Positions 27,122 to 38,606 of a stretch of 64,000 bases of DNA are shown here, one piece after another. The stretch is from assembly GCF_902652985.1 (NCBI RefSeq), contig NC_047021.1:33108001-33172000 (forward strand), written 5' to 3'. The DNA comes from Pecten maximus. Its lineage: Eukaryota. Numbering within the stretch: the first letter of the stretch is position 1; each line of letters starts with the position of its first letter. The notes under the pieces were generated by a model that saw only the letters and a list, made by a program, of their open reading frames with translations, was not told where the DNA came from and ran no database searches. The translations under genes were made by a program, and so were the position numbers.

Positions 27122-29200
27122 CTATTTACCTTTACACAGAGGCATCACATTATACATGCTTCCCTTATTACCTCCCTGTACCAAAGACTGTCTATGAGTC
27201 TTTGTTTCGGATGATTTATTCAGAAACTTCACTGTTGGTTTCACTGACAACTTGATTTGAACTTTAGGTTTAGATTCAGTACTTTGTCTACAGGGTTTCA
27301 CATCATAATGTTTGGGTGAAGAAACTTGATTGATTTGTCCATCTGGAACATAACCTTCTGCATGGATTGCAATGGGTCTATTTGGAAGACTAGATCCAGA
27401 AAAGTCTGAACAGATGTCCTGTACTTTGTCCAATGAATTATCATGATTAATGGAACTGTCTTGATCACATTCATGAAAAGAGTTTTCCTCTTGAAAATTC
27501 TCTTCAGAATTCCTGTTAGAAGTCATTGTCTCAGGATTATTCTGCATAGCAAAGGTGTCTTGGTCATCATCAACGTAATCAGTTGAAGAGTTAACTCCCC
27601 TCTCCTCAGACCAATTTGTACTGTCACTGCTGGTGTCATCAAGAATGATGACATCTTCAACGTCAGAACTCTTTTTCACTTCCAGATTAAGGGAACCATT
27701 TGATCCATCATTTGTTATTTGCTGTGAATTTGAGGATGTTTTGCTATTTACAGGCAGAAATTTTCTATTGAAGTTGTCTCCAATACTTTTTGTCTTGAAA
27801 AGCAGTGGTCTATACCGTTTATGATGTTGGTTTCCATCACCCACAGACAACCATTTGTCCAGTAATGTTTCCTTTGGTTGATGGTCTTCTTGTGTTGTCT
27901 TCTGTTCTTGTGAAAGTAATGGTGATTTGTTATTGACATTACTCTCCAACATTTCTGCACAATTTCTCTTTCTTTTTTTGTTTTTACCATCAAGATTTGT
28001 CGCTGTGCTTATCTTATTTTCTTCATCATCACTGTCTGAGAACACCACACCTCTAGCTAAGAATGATGATGTTTTCTTCTGTCCAGCTTTCCAAGATTTT
28101 TTATATCTATTTCCTCCTCTGTTGCCATGGCTATTAGATCTTGACTCATGATACATCCATTTTTGCACCGATTCTGGAATGACAGACACTGTATCATGCT
28201 CACACTTTTTGTTCAAGAGATGTGAAAAGCATTTCATGTTAGCCCGGTCAGAAATGTCAGTACCAAATGGCCCCCTTGATTTTGCCCCTACAATTGGAAT
28301 AATTTTACGTGGCTTTACCTTAGACACAAAACTGTAGAGTTCCTCATATGTGCTATGATCTGAATATTGGACAGTAAATACATTTGTTATATTACCATAG
28401 CTGTTGAATCCCATCCCCTGATAAAGAGCAGTTGGAAGAATAGCTATTGTTGGTGTGAACTTGTTCCACAATTCCATGTTCTTTTTAGATATTGCATGAA
28501 ATTTTACCACTCGAATTCTGCAGTCTTCGTCATCCACAACAAACACGTTGGGAAGTTTTAGGAGACTCACCCGCCGCATCATTGTAGCTGGGATAGAGAT
28601 CCACTCTTTACATTTCAGTGCTGTTTTTGCCAACATGTCTTCTTTGCCAAGATTTCGCATTCCGATGACAACAGAATGATCAGGATGTGAATTAATTATA
28701 GACACAATATCCCCCAGAGCGGAGTCTCTAGTTGGAAAAACACATTGTGGAGAACAGTATGTATTGTCTAAGTAGAGTAGGTCAATGTCAATAAATAAAC
28801 TTTCATTTGATTGGTTGATCATTTCATGAGAAAAACGAAAATCTCCCGTGTGTAGTATTCGGCCAAAATAGCCTTCAAATAAGAACATGACTGAACCAGG
28901 ACAATGGTTCGCATCAATAACTGTCACGGACATTTTCTCATGATTGACATCATCAAGGTCAATAATGTGAGAAGTCCCAACTTCTAAAGGTTGAATCAGC
29001 GACTCCTCAATTCCGTACAACTCAGTCAGGAGCTCTCCTGTCATTGGTGAACAATGAATTGCATGCTTCCATGATGATGAAAGGCCAACAATATGGTCAC
29101 CATGGAGATGTGTAAGAAAAAAGAGTTTTGTAGATGGGCATTCTCTGATCTTCCAAAAGTCCACTGCAATAGGAGTGCCTCGAATAACAGTGCCGTTCAT
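27122..29200 (-). CDS. DCLRE1B: 5' exonuclease Apollo / SNM1B (MBL-beta-CASP), 692 aa, single coding exon
   Basis: MNGTVIRGTPIAVDFW start; THLHGDH, DANHCPGS, HTGDFR, LYLDNTY and YSDHS motifs; Apollo-like IPESVQ and GVVF segments. 5' UTR intron inferred at 32981-29266. Confidence 0.95.
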   Translation of the reverse strand: MNGTVIRGTPIAVDFWKIRECPSTKLFFLTHLHGDHIVGLSSSWKHAIHCSPMTGELLTELYGIEESLIQPLEVGTSHIIDLDDVNHEKMSVTVIDANHCPGSVMFLFEGYFGRILHTGDFRFSHEMINQSNESLFIDIDLLYLDNTYCSPQCVFPTRDSALGDIVSIINSHPDHSVVIGMRNLGKEDMLAKTALKCKEWISIPATMMRRVSLLKLPNVFVVDDEDCRIRVVKFHAISKKNMELWNKFTPTIAILPTALYQGMGFNSYGNITNVFTVQYSDHSTYEELYSFVSKVKPRKIIPIVGAKSRGPFGTDISDRANMKCFSHLLNKKCEHDTVSVIPESVQKWMYHESRSNSHGNRGGNRYKKSWKAGQKKTSSFLARGVVFSDSDDEENKISTATNLDGKNKKRKRNCAEMLESNVNNKSPLLSQEQKTTQEDHQPKETLLDKWLSVGDGNQHHKRYRPLLFKTKSIGDNFNRKFLPVNSKTSSNSQQITNDGSNGSLNLEVKKSSDVEDVIILDDTSSDSTNWSEERGVNSSTDYVDDDQDTFAMQNNPETMTSNRNSEENFQEENSFHECDQDSSINHDNSLDKVQDICSDFSGSSLPNRPIAIHAEGYVPDGQINQVSSPKHYDVKPCRQSTESKPKVQIKLSVKPTVKFLNKSSETKTHRQSLVQGGNKGSMYNVMPLCKGK

Positions 29201-29423
29201 GGTCAGAATTAACAGCCATTAAGTCAGCAGGAAATTTCATCTGAACTTCTATCTTTGATGGTTACCTATAAAAATAAAAAAAAACATTTCAATGAGTTTG
29301 ATAAAGAAGACACTTGACATAAGTTGTGAAATTGGCAAAAGTGTAGTAATATTTGGATGTAAACAAAAATAACAGTACCGATCAGCAGAACAGTATGCCT
29401 GTCTAATGCCACACATTGCTATA

Positions 29424-31029
29424 CCGTATTTGACCTAATAAGGGCGCCTGCCCTAATAAGGGCGCCCCTACCTTTTTTCAAGGAAATAAATCTTTGACTG
29501 AGTGTCAAAATGGTGTTCAAAAGTAATAATTTATGTGAAAAGTTTTACTACTTTATGTGTTCAATTTTCTTCAGCAAATTAATTGTTAATCAATTATTAG
29601 GTCTAAGAAAACGATGTCTGATATGATCTGGGAAATCACCTGTGTCTATAAATAGAACACAAAAGAGCTCCATTTGAACATAAATGGTGGAACACACGTT
29701 CTCTGGTCTAAAGATCAGCTGGCATGGTTTACAAGTTTACAGGAATATTCAAGTGATGTTTAAGCTTAATATATGATAATGAATAGATATCTTCATCTGG
29801 AATATTCTTATGACTGATCATGAATCGAATGTTCCACTCACTTTCAGTTCCAAAAATATAGGAATATAGGATTTTTTTTTTGAAAAATATAGGAAATATA
29901 TAGGAATTACATCCAAAATATAGGTAATTTATAGGAATTCTAGTCAATATTTTTACTTAATTCTACATTTGAAATACATTCTTATCAATCTATAGCATGA
30001 CCACTTGTTATGTATTCAAGTCTGTCATGGAAAATAACATGGAAAGTCATAACAGATGTATGACATGAAGCAATCAACACCAGACAGCCAACTATTTTGA
30101 AATTTGGTGGTTCCTTGTGCCATTTTATTTCTCAATTAACAATCTGAAAATGCAGCAAATATTACTAAAATGCTATTGATAGATTTTATATATTAACCAA
30201 CAATAACAGTAACTACTTTAATGAATGGTATTTTAATCAAGGCAGTTACCAGAATATATATATATATTCTGTTGTTAGCTGTGATAAGTATACAAAGTAA
30301 AAATATGTAACATAATAATGCATACTAGTGACAGTGTTAGTAAAAAACTGAATAACTCTAGATCTTCAGACTGATCAGATTTGCAGCTGATTTCAATACA
30401 TGTACATCAACAAGGACTCAATATAAGGAGTACAAATGCATGCAATTTAAGGACTGTGACATCAACCACTGAGTTATTGTGGCTACCTGTTGTCTAACTG
30501 ATCATAATCAGACATGAACCACCGATGAATAAATACTTTTGTCACAGAAACATTTTAACGTCATATTTAGGACTGTAATACACAATAGCTAACAAAACCA
30601 ACTCAACAATGTAAAATGCATCGACAGAAGAAACATATATGTTTTGATATAAAAAAAAAACATGAACAAATGACCAAACATAAATCACATATACATCTGA
30701 TTTATAATAAACTTTTCCACAGTACACAAAACTCTGTTTGTATTGTAAACATGTATAAATTCACAAAAATTTACAAATTTTTCAAAATTTGTTTTCTTTA
30801 AATGGAAAAATATAGGAAATTATAGGAATTTTAAGAAAATACAGGAAAAATATAGGAACCGTTATAGGAATTTATAGGAAATGGACACCCTGCAGCTGCG
30901 TTTCCACAGCCTTGGGTAGTCTGCTATAAGGTATAGTCTGTTTCATAAAACTTTGGAATAACTAATCTTAATAAGGGCACCCCCACTGTCAATTACCTGC
31001 GCCCTGCGCCCTTATTAGGTCAAATACGG
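29424..31029. mobile_element. Tc1/mariner-pogo-type non-autonomous transposon with probable nested insertion
   Basis: TIRs ccgtatttgacctaataagggcgc/gcgcccttattaggtcaaatacgg with TA on both sides; internal ataggaa repeat clusters at ~29860 and ~30810, the latter ending in ggacaccctg. Confidence 0.85.
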
Positions 31030-31850
31030 TATACTATTTTGCATTTAATAAGATTAATAAGAGTCTCCGACTCATTAAGCACAACTTGATATCATGATTC
31101 ATGATTATAAGGCCTACCAATTTCCATAGACATTGCTAGAAAACTGTAGAAGGAAGTCTCCAGACAAAGTTCAAGTACTAGATATAAACAAAGGGCAATA
31201 AGTTCTGCTAGAAATATTCAAAAAAAAAAAAAAATTGTGTAAAACATCACTTTATATCATGTGTATAATAATGCATTATAAATTATTGCATTCCGAAGAA
31301 ATCAATAAAAATAATGTAGGAGTTTTCTGGACAAAAATCAAATACTGAAATGCATAAGCATTGGGAAATAGTTTCAGTAAAAATATTCAATAGCATTTTT
31401 TTCAGGCAAACACAAAAACTTACATACATTTTAATTATAAAGCCTCCCAAGTTTCAAAGAAATCAGTCAAAAAATGTTGGAGGAGATCTGACAAAAATCA
31501 AAATACTGAAATGAACAAAAGCCTATAACTTTCGCTAAAGCAAAAACAACTGCACTAAACGTCTTTTCAGGCAAACACAACTTAATAACATGATCATAAG
31601 GCCTCCTAAAATTCAAAGGAATTAGTCAAAAGATGTTGGAGATATCTCTGAACATAAATAAAAAACTACAATGATCAAAGGGGAATAACATTTGCAAAAA
31701 TAGTTGAATCAACATTCTTTTCATGCATGGAAAAAAAACCACTTCATATCATGATCATCAGGTCATGACTCATTGTTTGGAAAATGTAATACAATGTATA
31801 TATGGTGTACATGTGATTATGAACTAAATCTGTTGAGGTGGTTCATGAGC

Positions 31851-32025
31851 ATAGTTTTTTCTGAGGGCTGTTAATGGGCCCCATTCCCAATTGAAATATT
31901 TCATATTTAAGCCAAATTCCCAAAATTAGCAGTTTACTCCTGAAAAAAATCTTTCTCAATTCACCAATTTTCTTCCTAAAATGAGACCAAAAGTCCCTTT
32001 CCCAAACCAGCGAGATAAAGCTCTG
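31851..32025. mobile_element. MITE, copy 1, 5-bp TSD atgag
   Basis: Highly similar to 56462-56647; flanked by atgag on both sides. Confidence 0.75.
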
Positions 32026-32525
32026 ATGAGATATCTTGTGGCAATTGCATGAGTGTCAGATCAAGTTTGTCATTTTTGTGAGTTTAAAAAATTAGTTGTT
32101 CAAACAAAATAGAAGTCATATACAAATGACAGAAAAAAATTGTACACATAAGTTAAGAAGTTGTATGAACAAGATAAATAAAACCGGAAACAGGTACTTG
32201 TTACAAGTTACGTATAAGACTAGAAAGATACAGAAAAAATAATATGAACAACAAAAAATTGTGTCCCAGTTGGTTTTGTCAAAATTTAACATGGGGGGGG
32301 GGGGATATTTAACATAGGCATATTTTTGAATTACTTTATACCGCTTGGCCCTCTAGCCTACTATAGGTCTTCACTACAGGGACATGTACAGTCTTATATT
32401 TAAAAAATAGCCAGAAATACGTATATATTAAGGCTATTTTTTTTTTAATATAAAACTACATGTAGACATGCCTTTGTGTCTCCATCGAATCTATACTTCG
32501 CAATAAAATCTATACTGTACTGCAT

Positions 32526-32564
32526 CAGACATATAAATTATATATATTAATATATAGGTCTCTG
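32526..32564. mobile_element. Ultra-short palindromic MITE with 7-bp TSD actgcat
   Basis: Ends in tatataggtctctg like the 51089 element; direct repeats at 32519-32525 and 32565-32571. Confidence 0.6.
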
Positions 32565-32981
32565 ACTGCATGTGCTGTCAACTTAAATTTAAAACAGGGT
32601 CGAGAAGTATGCATCGAGAATCACTATCGTCGAAACATTTATGGATACTGTAAACAAGTAGATCTACATACTGCACAAATTGCAATACAGTATAATGACG
32701 GACGAGTTAGTATTTGTGCATATTATATGCTTGTTGTTATATCGATACTGAAGTAATGGTCAACTCGTCACATTTCTACTAACATATACAATGACCATTG
32801 TTTGTCAGAGAAAATGATTTGATAAAAATTTGCATATATTATAGATTATATGTTTCCTGTTTTAAAATTAAAAAAAGACATGCTAAAATTTTAGTATGAT
32901 GGCATGATGCGATGTTTATCGGACGTACTTCAAGTAATATTATTAAGCATGTTGTTTTACTGTCCAATTATCTTATTGTAC

Positions 32982-33288
32982 CTGTTGAACAATGTTGAAA
33001 ATGGATTGTGAAGATTTCTTGACGCAAAATTTCCTGGGCTGGCTGTTTTTGATTTTTACTTAGCCCCTCGCTAATCAGTGTTACGGAAATGTTTTAAACG
33101 AACGCCTGCGCTATACCGAAGTTTCAAGCATATTATTAACACGGTTGTCTTTTCTCAAGGAGAGCGACGAGACTTGCAAAATATCAACAGTTGGATGTTA
33201 AAGAGTAACAATGAAATAGAAGAGACATGTAGCATACAAATTGAAGCAAGCATTGAACAGTTACAGCATAAAGCACAATTTAAGAACC
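32982..33288. promoter_or_regulatory. Bidirectional promoter with divergent non-coding first exons of DCLRE1B and MRPS33
   Basis: Minus-strand donor cag|gtacaa at 32982/32981, plus-strand donor acc|gtaagt at 33288/33289, and a locally CpG-richer core between them. Matching acceptors lie at 29266 and 35129. Confidence 0.6.
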
Positions 33289-33575
33289 GTAAGTATCGAA
33301 TTTTTATTATTGTTTTCATTAATTACAATAAATATGTACGCGTTACCAGTTTTGACGAATGGCGGATTGACCATCAGTCCATCACTGAATCCCTGATTGG
33401 CATCAATCTAAGTCTTTTATGACTTCTGTGATGTGTGTTTGCGTTTTCCCATGAATGAAATTTATCTTTTACGACTTCCTTACGGCTGTACACACACTTC
33501 CAGTATCATAAAATCGTATTTACACTTTATACATACCCCAACCAGTTTATATAGTTCTAGACTAGAACACATGGG

Positions 33576-33682
33576 TATATACCCTAGCCCGAGTTTTCTC
33601 TGGCCCTGTCACCATGTCTGGTGTAGGGCCCCTACACCAGACATGGTGACAGGGCCAGAGAAAACTCGGGCTAGGGTATATA
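33576..33682. mobile_element. Perfect 107-bp palindromic MITE
   Basis: 53-bp perfect arms around a single C at 33629; related copy at 44339-44434. Confidence 0.85.
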
Positions 33683-33760
33683 GGGTTGTGGTAATGACCG
33701 AAATGTCTAACGTTGAATTTCCAACTCCATTTCGGTACATTTCGGTCATTACCATATCCG
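33683..33760. mobile_element. Small MITE
   Basis: Inverted repeat tggtaatgaccgaaatgt/acatttcggtcattacca, flanked by gggtatata on both sides. Confidence 0.7.
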
Positions 33761-34099
33761 GGGTATATATACTCAGAGTTTGACATTATTTAGATTGTTC
33801 CTTAATCAAAGTTTAAGTCATTAACAAAGCTTTTTTAATGAGCTTTTACACTCGACATAATGGGCCAGACAAAATAGATAAAACATTCATGAAATAGGTT
33901 TCATTATATTAACATATAACAAGATGTGCATACTCTAGTATTGTTATATTATGCCATATTGATACAAATAAAATATGTTTAAATCAAATATTATGCCATA
34001 ACAAAGTTGCCATCAACTCTTAACATCTTGTTTCCACCCTAAGATCATCAAGACACATTCACCAAAAACCTTATCAAACTATTGATACGCGAACCTGGG

Positions 34100-34560
34100 T
34101 TGTGAGTTACTGTATTAGGTCTTCGGGGTCGAATACTTAAAAAAAAAAGGAGTGGGGGAGGGGAGAGTGTAGCGGAAAGTGGAACTGGACCAGGTTGATC
34201 ATCTACAACCAGCTGCAGGTAGCTCAATTGGTAGAGCATTTGGCTAGTTTTCGGAGGTCCTGGGCTCAAACCCCAGTCTGGCCTTTTATTTCTCCACTCC
34301 TCTTACTCATGTACATATTGTTTATAATACATGTTTTAACACTACATTGTATTATGATATACCGTAAATTAAAGAAATATTAGCAGAAGCCAGAAAAGGG
34401 GAAGAGTGATGGTGAGGAGAGGAAACGTGGTACAATTATACTGGGACTCAAACCAGGGACTTCCACTACACTTCTCCTTCCTTAAACAAAGTCTTTGACT
34501 CAAAAGACATACTCGAGACCCTATACCAACTCTGTGGCACAGCTGGGTATTTTGAGTTTT
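34100..34560. repeat. Degenerate tRNA-like repeat (+ at ~34216-34282) with an inverted, more decayed copy (~34410-34550)
   Basis: gtagctcaattggtagagcat...gggctcaaacccc resembles tRNA A/B boxes but gives no good cloverleaf; repeat-derived rather than a tRNA gene. Confidence 0.5.
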
Positions 34561-35129
34561 CATTACCACTTAGTTGATCATTAACATTTATATATACCTT
34601 TGGCAAAACTTTCATGCTGATCATGACCTTTTCATCACTATAATGTTGTAACGAAAAAAAAACCATTTGTCATTTTCAGCAGAAGCTAGCCTTAGCTTGT
34701 CTTTCTATTTCACAAAATTATCCTGTAAAGTGAGGTTGTAACTTGTATCTTGTATGGTAGTTGAAGTGTCCCGATCCATGCTCTGTGTACTGAAAATCTC
34801 AATATAACTGATCATGAATGACACAGGTCACAGGCAATAGCCCTTAGTTTATAGTTTTCATTTCGAAATGTTGAAAAATATTACTGCCTGTATTCATTTA
34901 GACTGGCCACCAGCCTTTAAGTATTAGTTTATTGTAAAGAATTGTCCAGTAAAATTCTATAATATGTATAATACTAGATTGTCTCCCCTTGATCAGACAT
35001 ATCCTAATTATATAGAGACCAAAATTGTAAAGCTCATTCTTATTTGTAATTTTGATATTCTAGAATCACTTGGGTCCATTCTAGTATATATATCCATCAG
35101 TCATTATTACATTTCTTTCTTTCATAAAG

Positions 35130-38100
35130 ATGTCTCAGTACTCTCAACGTATGGGAAGGCTTGCTGCAAAGATATTTGGAGATGTTTCTAGACCTACAAA
35201 TGCTAAGTCAAAACGAGTGGAGAGAATGTTTACAGAAAAGCCCTACTATTTACGTCCTGAAGTTGTTGACTATTATCCAAATTACAAGGTCATCAACAGA
35301 CTAGAATTCAAGCTTCGTGCATTCGGAATGTTCAGGTAAATGATTATGTTATTTAATTTTTCTTACAGTAAATTAAATATATTATTTTCTTTATATGTGG
35401 TAGATGTCTATATAATGACTGTACATTCAAGTAGCCCACGTTTCATCGGGTGTGAGGGCCAGAGGAATCTCAGGCTATACATGTATGTGGTCCAAATATT
35501 AATATGGGCACTGGATCCAACCAAATTGTAGCATAATCTTAATGTCATACAGTATACAGCTGTACCTTTCATGTTTTGTCCTGTGTGCATTTCCTTGTAA
35601 TCTTATACCATGCATTTGTATTATACATGTATTAATGTCTTGATAAGTGGCAGACTGACCCCAAAAATTACTTTGCACTATTACTTTCCCCATAATATTT
35701 GGAAATAAAATTAAAATAAGCTTTTAATTATTAAAAGATGTCAACATGACATGTATTTTATTTATTCACTAGCCATTTTTAGCTCACCTGGACCGAAGGT
35801 CCGGTGAGCTTATGCCATGGTGCAGCGTCCGTCGTCCGTCGTCCGTCGTCTGTCGTCCGTCGTCCGGCGTCCGTCGTCCGTCGTCCGTCGTCCGTCCGTC
35901 AACATTTGCTTCAAATCGCTACTAGTCAAAAAGTTCTTATTGGATTTTGACCAAATTTGGTCAGAAACATCCTTGGCAGAAGGGGATCAGATTTTGCATA
36001 AATGGTGGCTCTGACCCCCAAGGGGCCTGAGGGGCGGGGCCCAATAGGGGAAATTGAGACAATTCCTTTAAATCGCTACTAGTCATAAAGTTATGAATGG
36101 ATTTGAACCCAATTTGGTCAGAAACATCCTTTGGAGAAGGGGAACAGATTTTGCATAAATGGTGACTCTGACCCCCAAGGGGCCAAAGGGGCGGGGCCTA
36201 ATGGGGAAATAGAGGTAATTCCTTCAAATCGCTACTAGTCATAAAGTTATGAATGGATTTGAACCCAATTTGGTCAGAAACATCCTTTTGGGAAGGGGAA
36301 CAGATTTTGCATAAATGGTGACTCTGACCCCCAAGGGGCCAAAGGGGCGGGGCCTAATGGGGAAATAGAGGTAATTCCTTCAAATCGCTACTAGTCATAA
36401 AGTTATGAATGGATTTGAACCCAATTTGGTCAGAAACATCCTTTAGGAAAGGGGAACAGATTTTGCATAAATGGTGACTCTGACCCCCAAGGGGCCTGAG
36501 GGGCGGGGCCAGGGGAAATTGAGGCAATTCCTTTAAATCGCTACTAGTCATAAAGTTATGAATGGATTTGAACCCAATTTAGTCAGAAGCATTCTTTGGG
36601 GAAGGGGAACAGATTTTGCATAAATGGTGACTTTGACCCCCAAGGGGCCAAAGAGCGGGGCCCCATATGGGAAATAGAGGTAATTCCTTTAAATCGCTAC
36701 TAGTCATAAAGTTATGAATGGATTTGAACCCAATTTAGTAAGAAACATCCTTTTGGGAAGGGGAACAGATTTTGCATAAATGGTGACTCTGACCCCTAAG
36801 GGGCCAAAGGGGCGGGGCCTAATGGGGAAATAGAGGTAATTCCTCCAAATCGCTACTAGTCATAAAGGTATGAATGGATTTGAACCCAATTTGGTCAGAA
36901 ACATTCTTATGTGAAGGGGAACAGATTTTGCATAAATGGTTACTCTGACCCCCAAAGGACCAAAGGGGCGGGGCCTAATGGGGAAACAGAGGTAATATCT
37001 TTAAATCGCTACTTGTCATAAAATTATGACAATATTTGAACCGAATTTGGTCAAAAACATCATTGGGGGAAAGGGAACAGATTTTGCATAAATGGTGACT
37101 CTGACCCCCAAGGGGCCAAAGGGGCGGGGCCTAATGGGGAAATAGAGGTAATTCCTTTAAATCGCTACTAGTCATAAAGTTATGAATGGTTTTTAACGCA
37201 ATTTAGTAAGAAACATCCTTTGGGAAAGGGGAACAGATTTTGCATAAATGGTGACTCTGACCCCCAAGGGGCCAAAGGGGCGGGGCCCCATATGGGAAAT
37301 AGAGGTAATTCCTTTAAATCGCTACTAGTCATAAAGTTATGAATGGTTTTTAACGCAATTTAGTAAGAAACATCCTTTGGGAAAGGGGAACAGATTTTGC
37401 ATAAATGGTGACTCTGACCCCAAGGGGCCAAAGGGGCGGGGCCTAATGGGGAAATAGAGGTAATTCCTTCAAATTGCTACTAGTCATAAAGTTATGAATG
37501 GATTTGAACCCAATTTGGTCAGAAACATCCTTTAGGAAAGGGGAACAGATTTTGCATAAATGGTGACTCTGACCCCCAAGGGGCCAAAGGGGCAGGGCCT
37601 AATGGGGAAATAGAGGTAATTCCTTCAAATCGCTACTAGTCATAAAGTTATGAATGGATTTATACCCAAATTGGTCAGAAAAATTCTTATGTGAAGGGGA
37701 ACAGATTTTGCATAAATGGTGACTCTGACCCCCAAGGGGCCAAAGGGGCGGGGCCCCATATGGGAAATAGAGGTAATTCCTTTAAATCGCTACTTGTCAT
37801 AAATTTATGAATGGATTTGAACCCAATTTGGTCAGAAGCATTCTTTGGGGAAGGGGAACAGATTTTGCATAAATGGTGACTCTGACCCCCAAGGGGCCAA
37901 AGGGGCGGGGCCTAATGGGGAAATAGAGGTAATTCCTTAAAATCGCTACTAGTCATAAAGTTATGAATGGATTTGAACCCAATTTGGTAAGAAACATTCT
38001 TGGGGGAAGGGGAACAGATTTTGCATAAATGGTGACTCTGACCCCCGAGGGGCAAAAGGGGCGGGGCCCCATATAGGAAATAGAGGTAATTCCTTTAAAT

Positions 38101-38606
38101 CACTACTAGTCATAAAGTTATAAATGCATGTTGTAAACTCAGAGAGTCTGGACTTCATTATTTCTTTAAAGCAGTTGGGATCCCCACGCTATAACCATAA
38201 ATAGCATTGTTTGAGGTTAACAAACAAAAGGAATTGAACATGAACATTATTTTGACATTTGGTCAAATCCAACCAGGTGAGCGATACAGGCCCCATGGGC
38301 CTCTTGTTTCTGACTGTATACTAGTATTTATCTTCTGACTGCAGAGCACAGATTTAGATGTACTAATTTCTTCATGAAAATTTGAAAATGCTAGCATTTA
38401 TACTTATTCATGTAAAATGATGAACTTGTAATGTGCACCTACATCCATTCATATTATGTACATTTGATCCTCATTTTTCTTTTCTTTTTTTTTTCTTCAG
38501 AGACTCCCATTTAGGTGTCATCAATGAAATTGAGCGAATGAGTTTTATTCAAGGGAAAGTGATCAAGCCTGAAAAAGGTAAAGGAAGAAGGGCTACACGA
38601 AGATAA
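35130..38606 (+). CDS. MRPS33: Mitochondrial ribosomal protein mS33, 103 aa
   Basis: Exons 35130-35335 and 38501-38606; YSQRMGRLAAKIFGDVSRPT...YYP...LRAFGMFRD.H...GK...P.KGKGRRA; AATAAA near 38790. Confidence 0.92.
35779..38308 (+). mobile_element. HINE/Helentron-associated element with ~14 x 156-bp satellite array in the MRPS33 intron
   Basis: 5' agctcacctgg...ggtgagct inverted repeat, (CGTC/GTCC)n microsatellite, units from 35913 to ~38097, 3' ccaggtgagc, hairpin ggcccc-at-gggcc and terminal tcttgtt. Confidence 0.9.

Noticed and set aside
33078-33786. 114/116/74-aa ORFs
   Set aside because: They overlap the promoter, a UTR exon and palindromic MITEs; mirror-image peptides arise from the palindrome.
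34216-34282. Functional tRNA gene (also 1278 and 59604)
   Set aside because: Poor cloverleaf or B box and embedded in repeat bodies; these are SINE-type heads.
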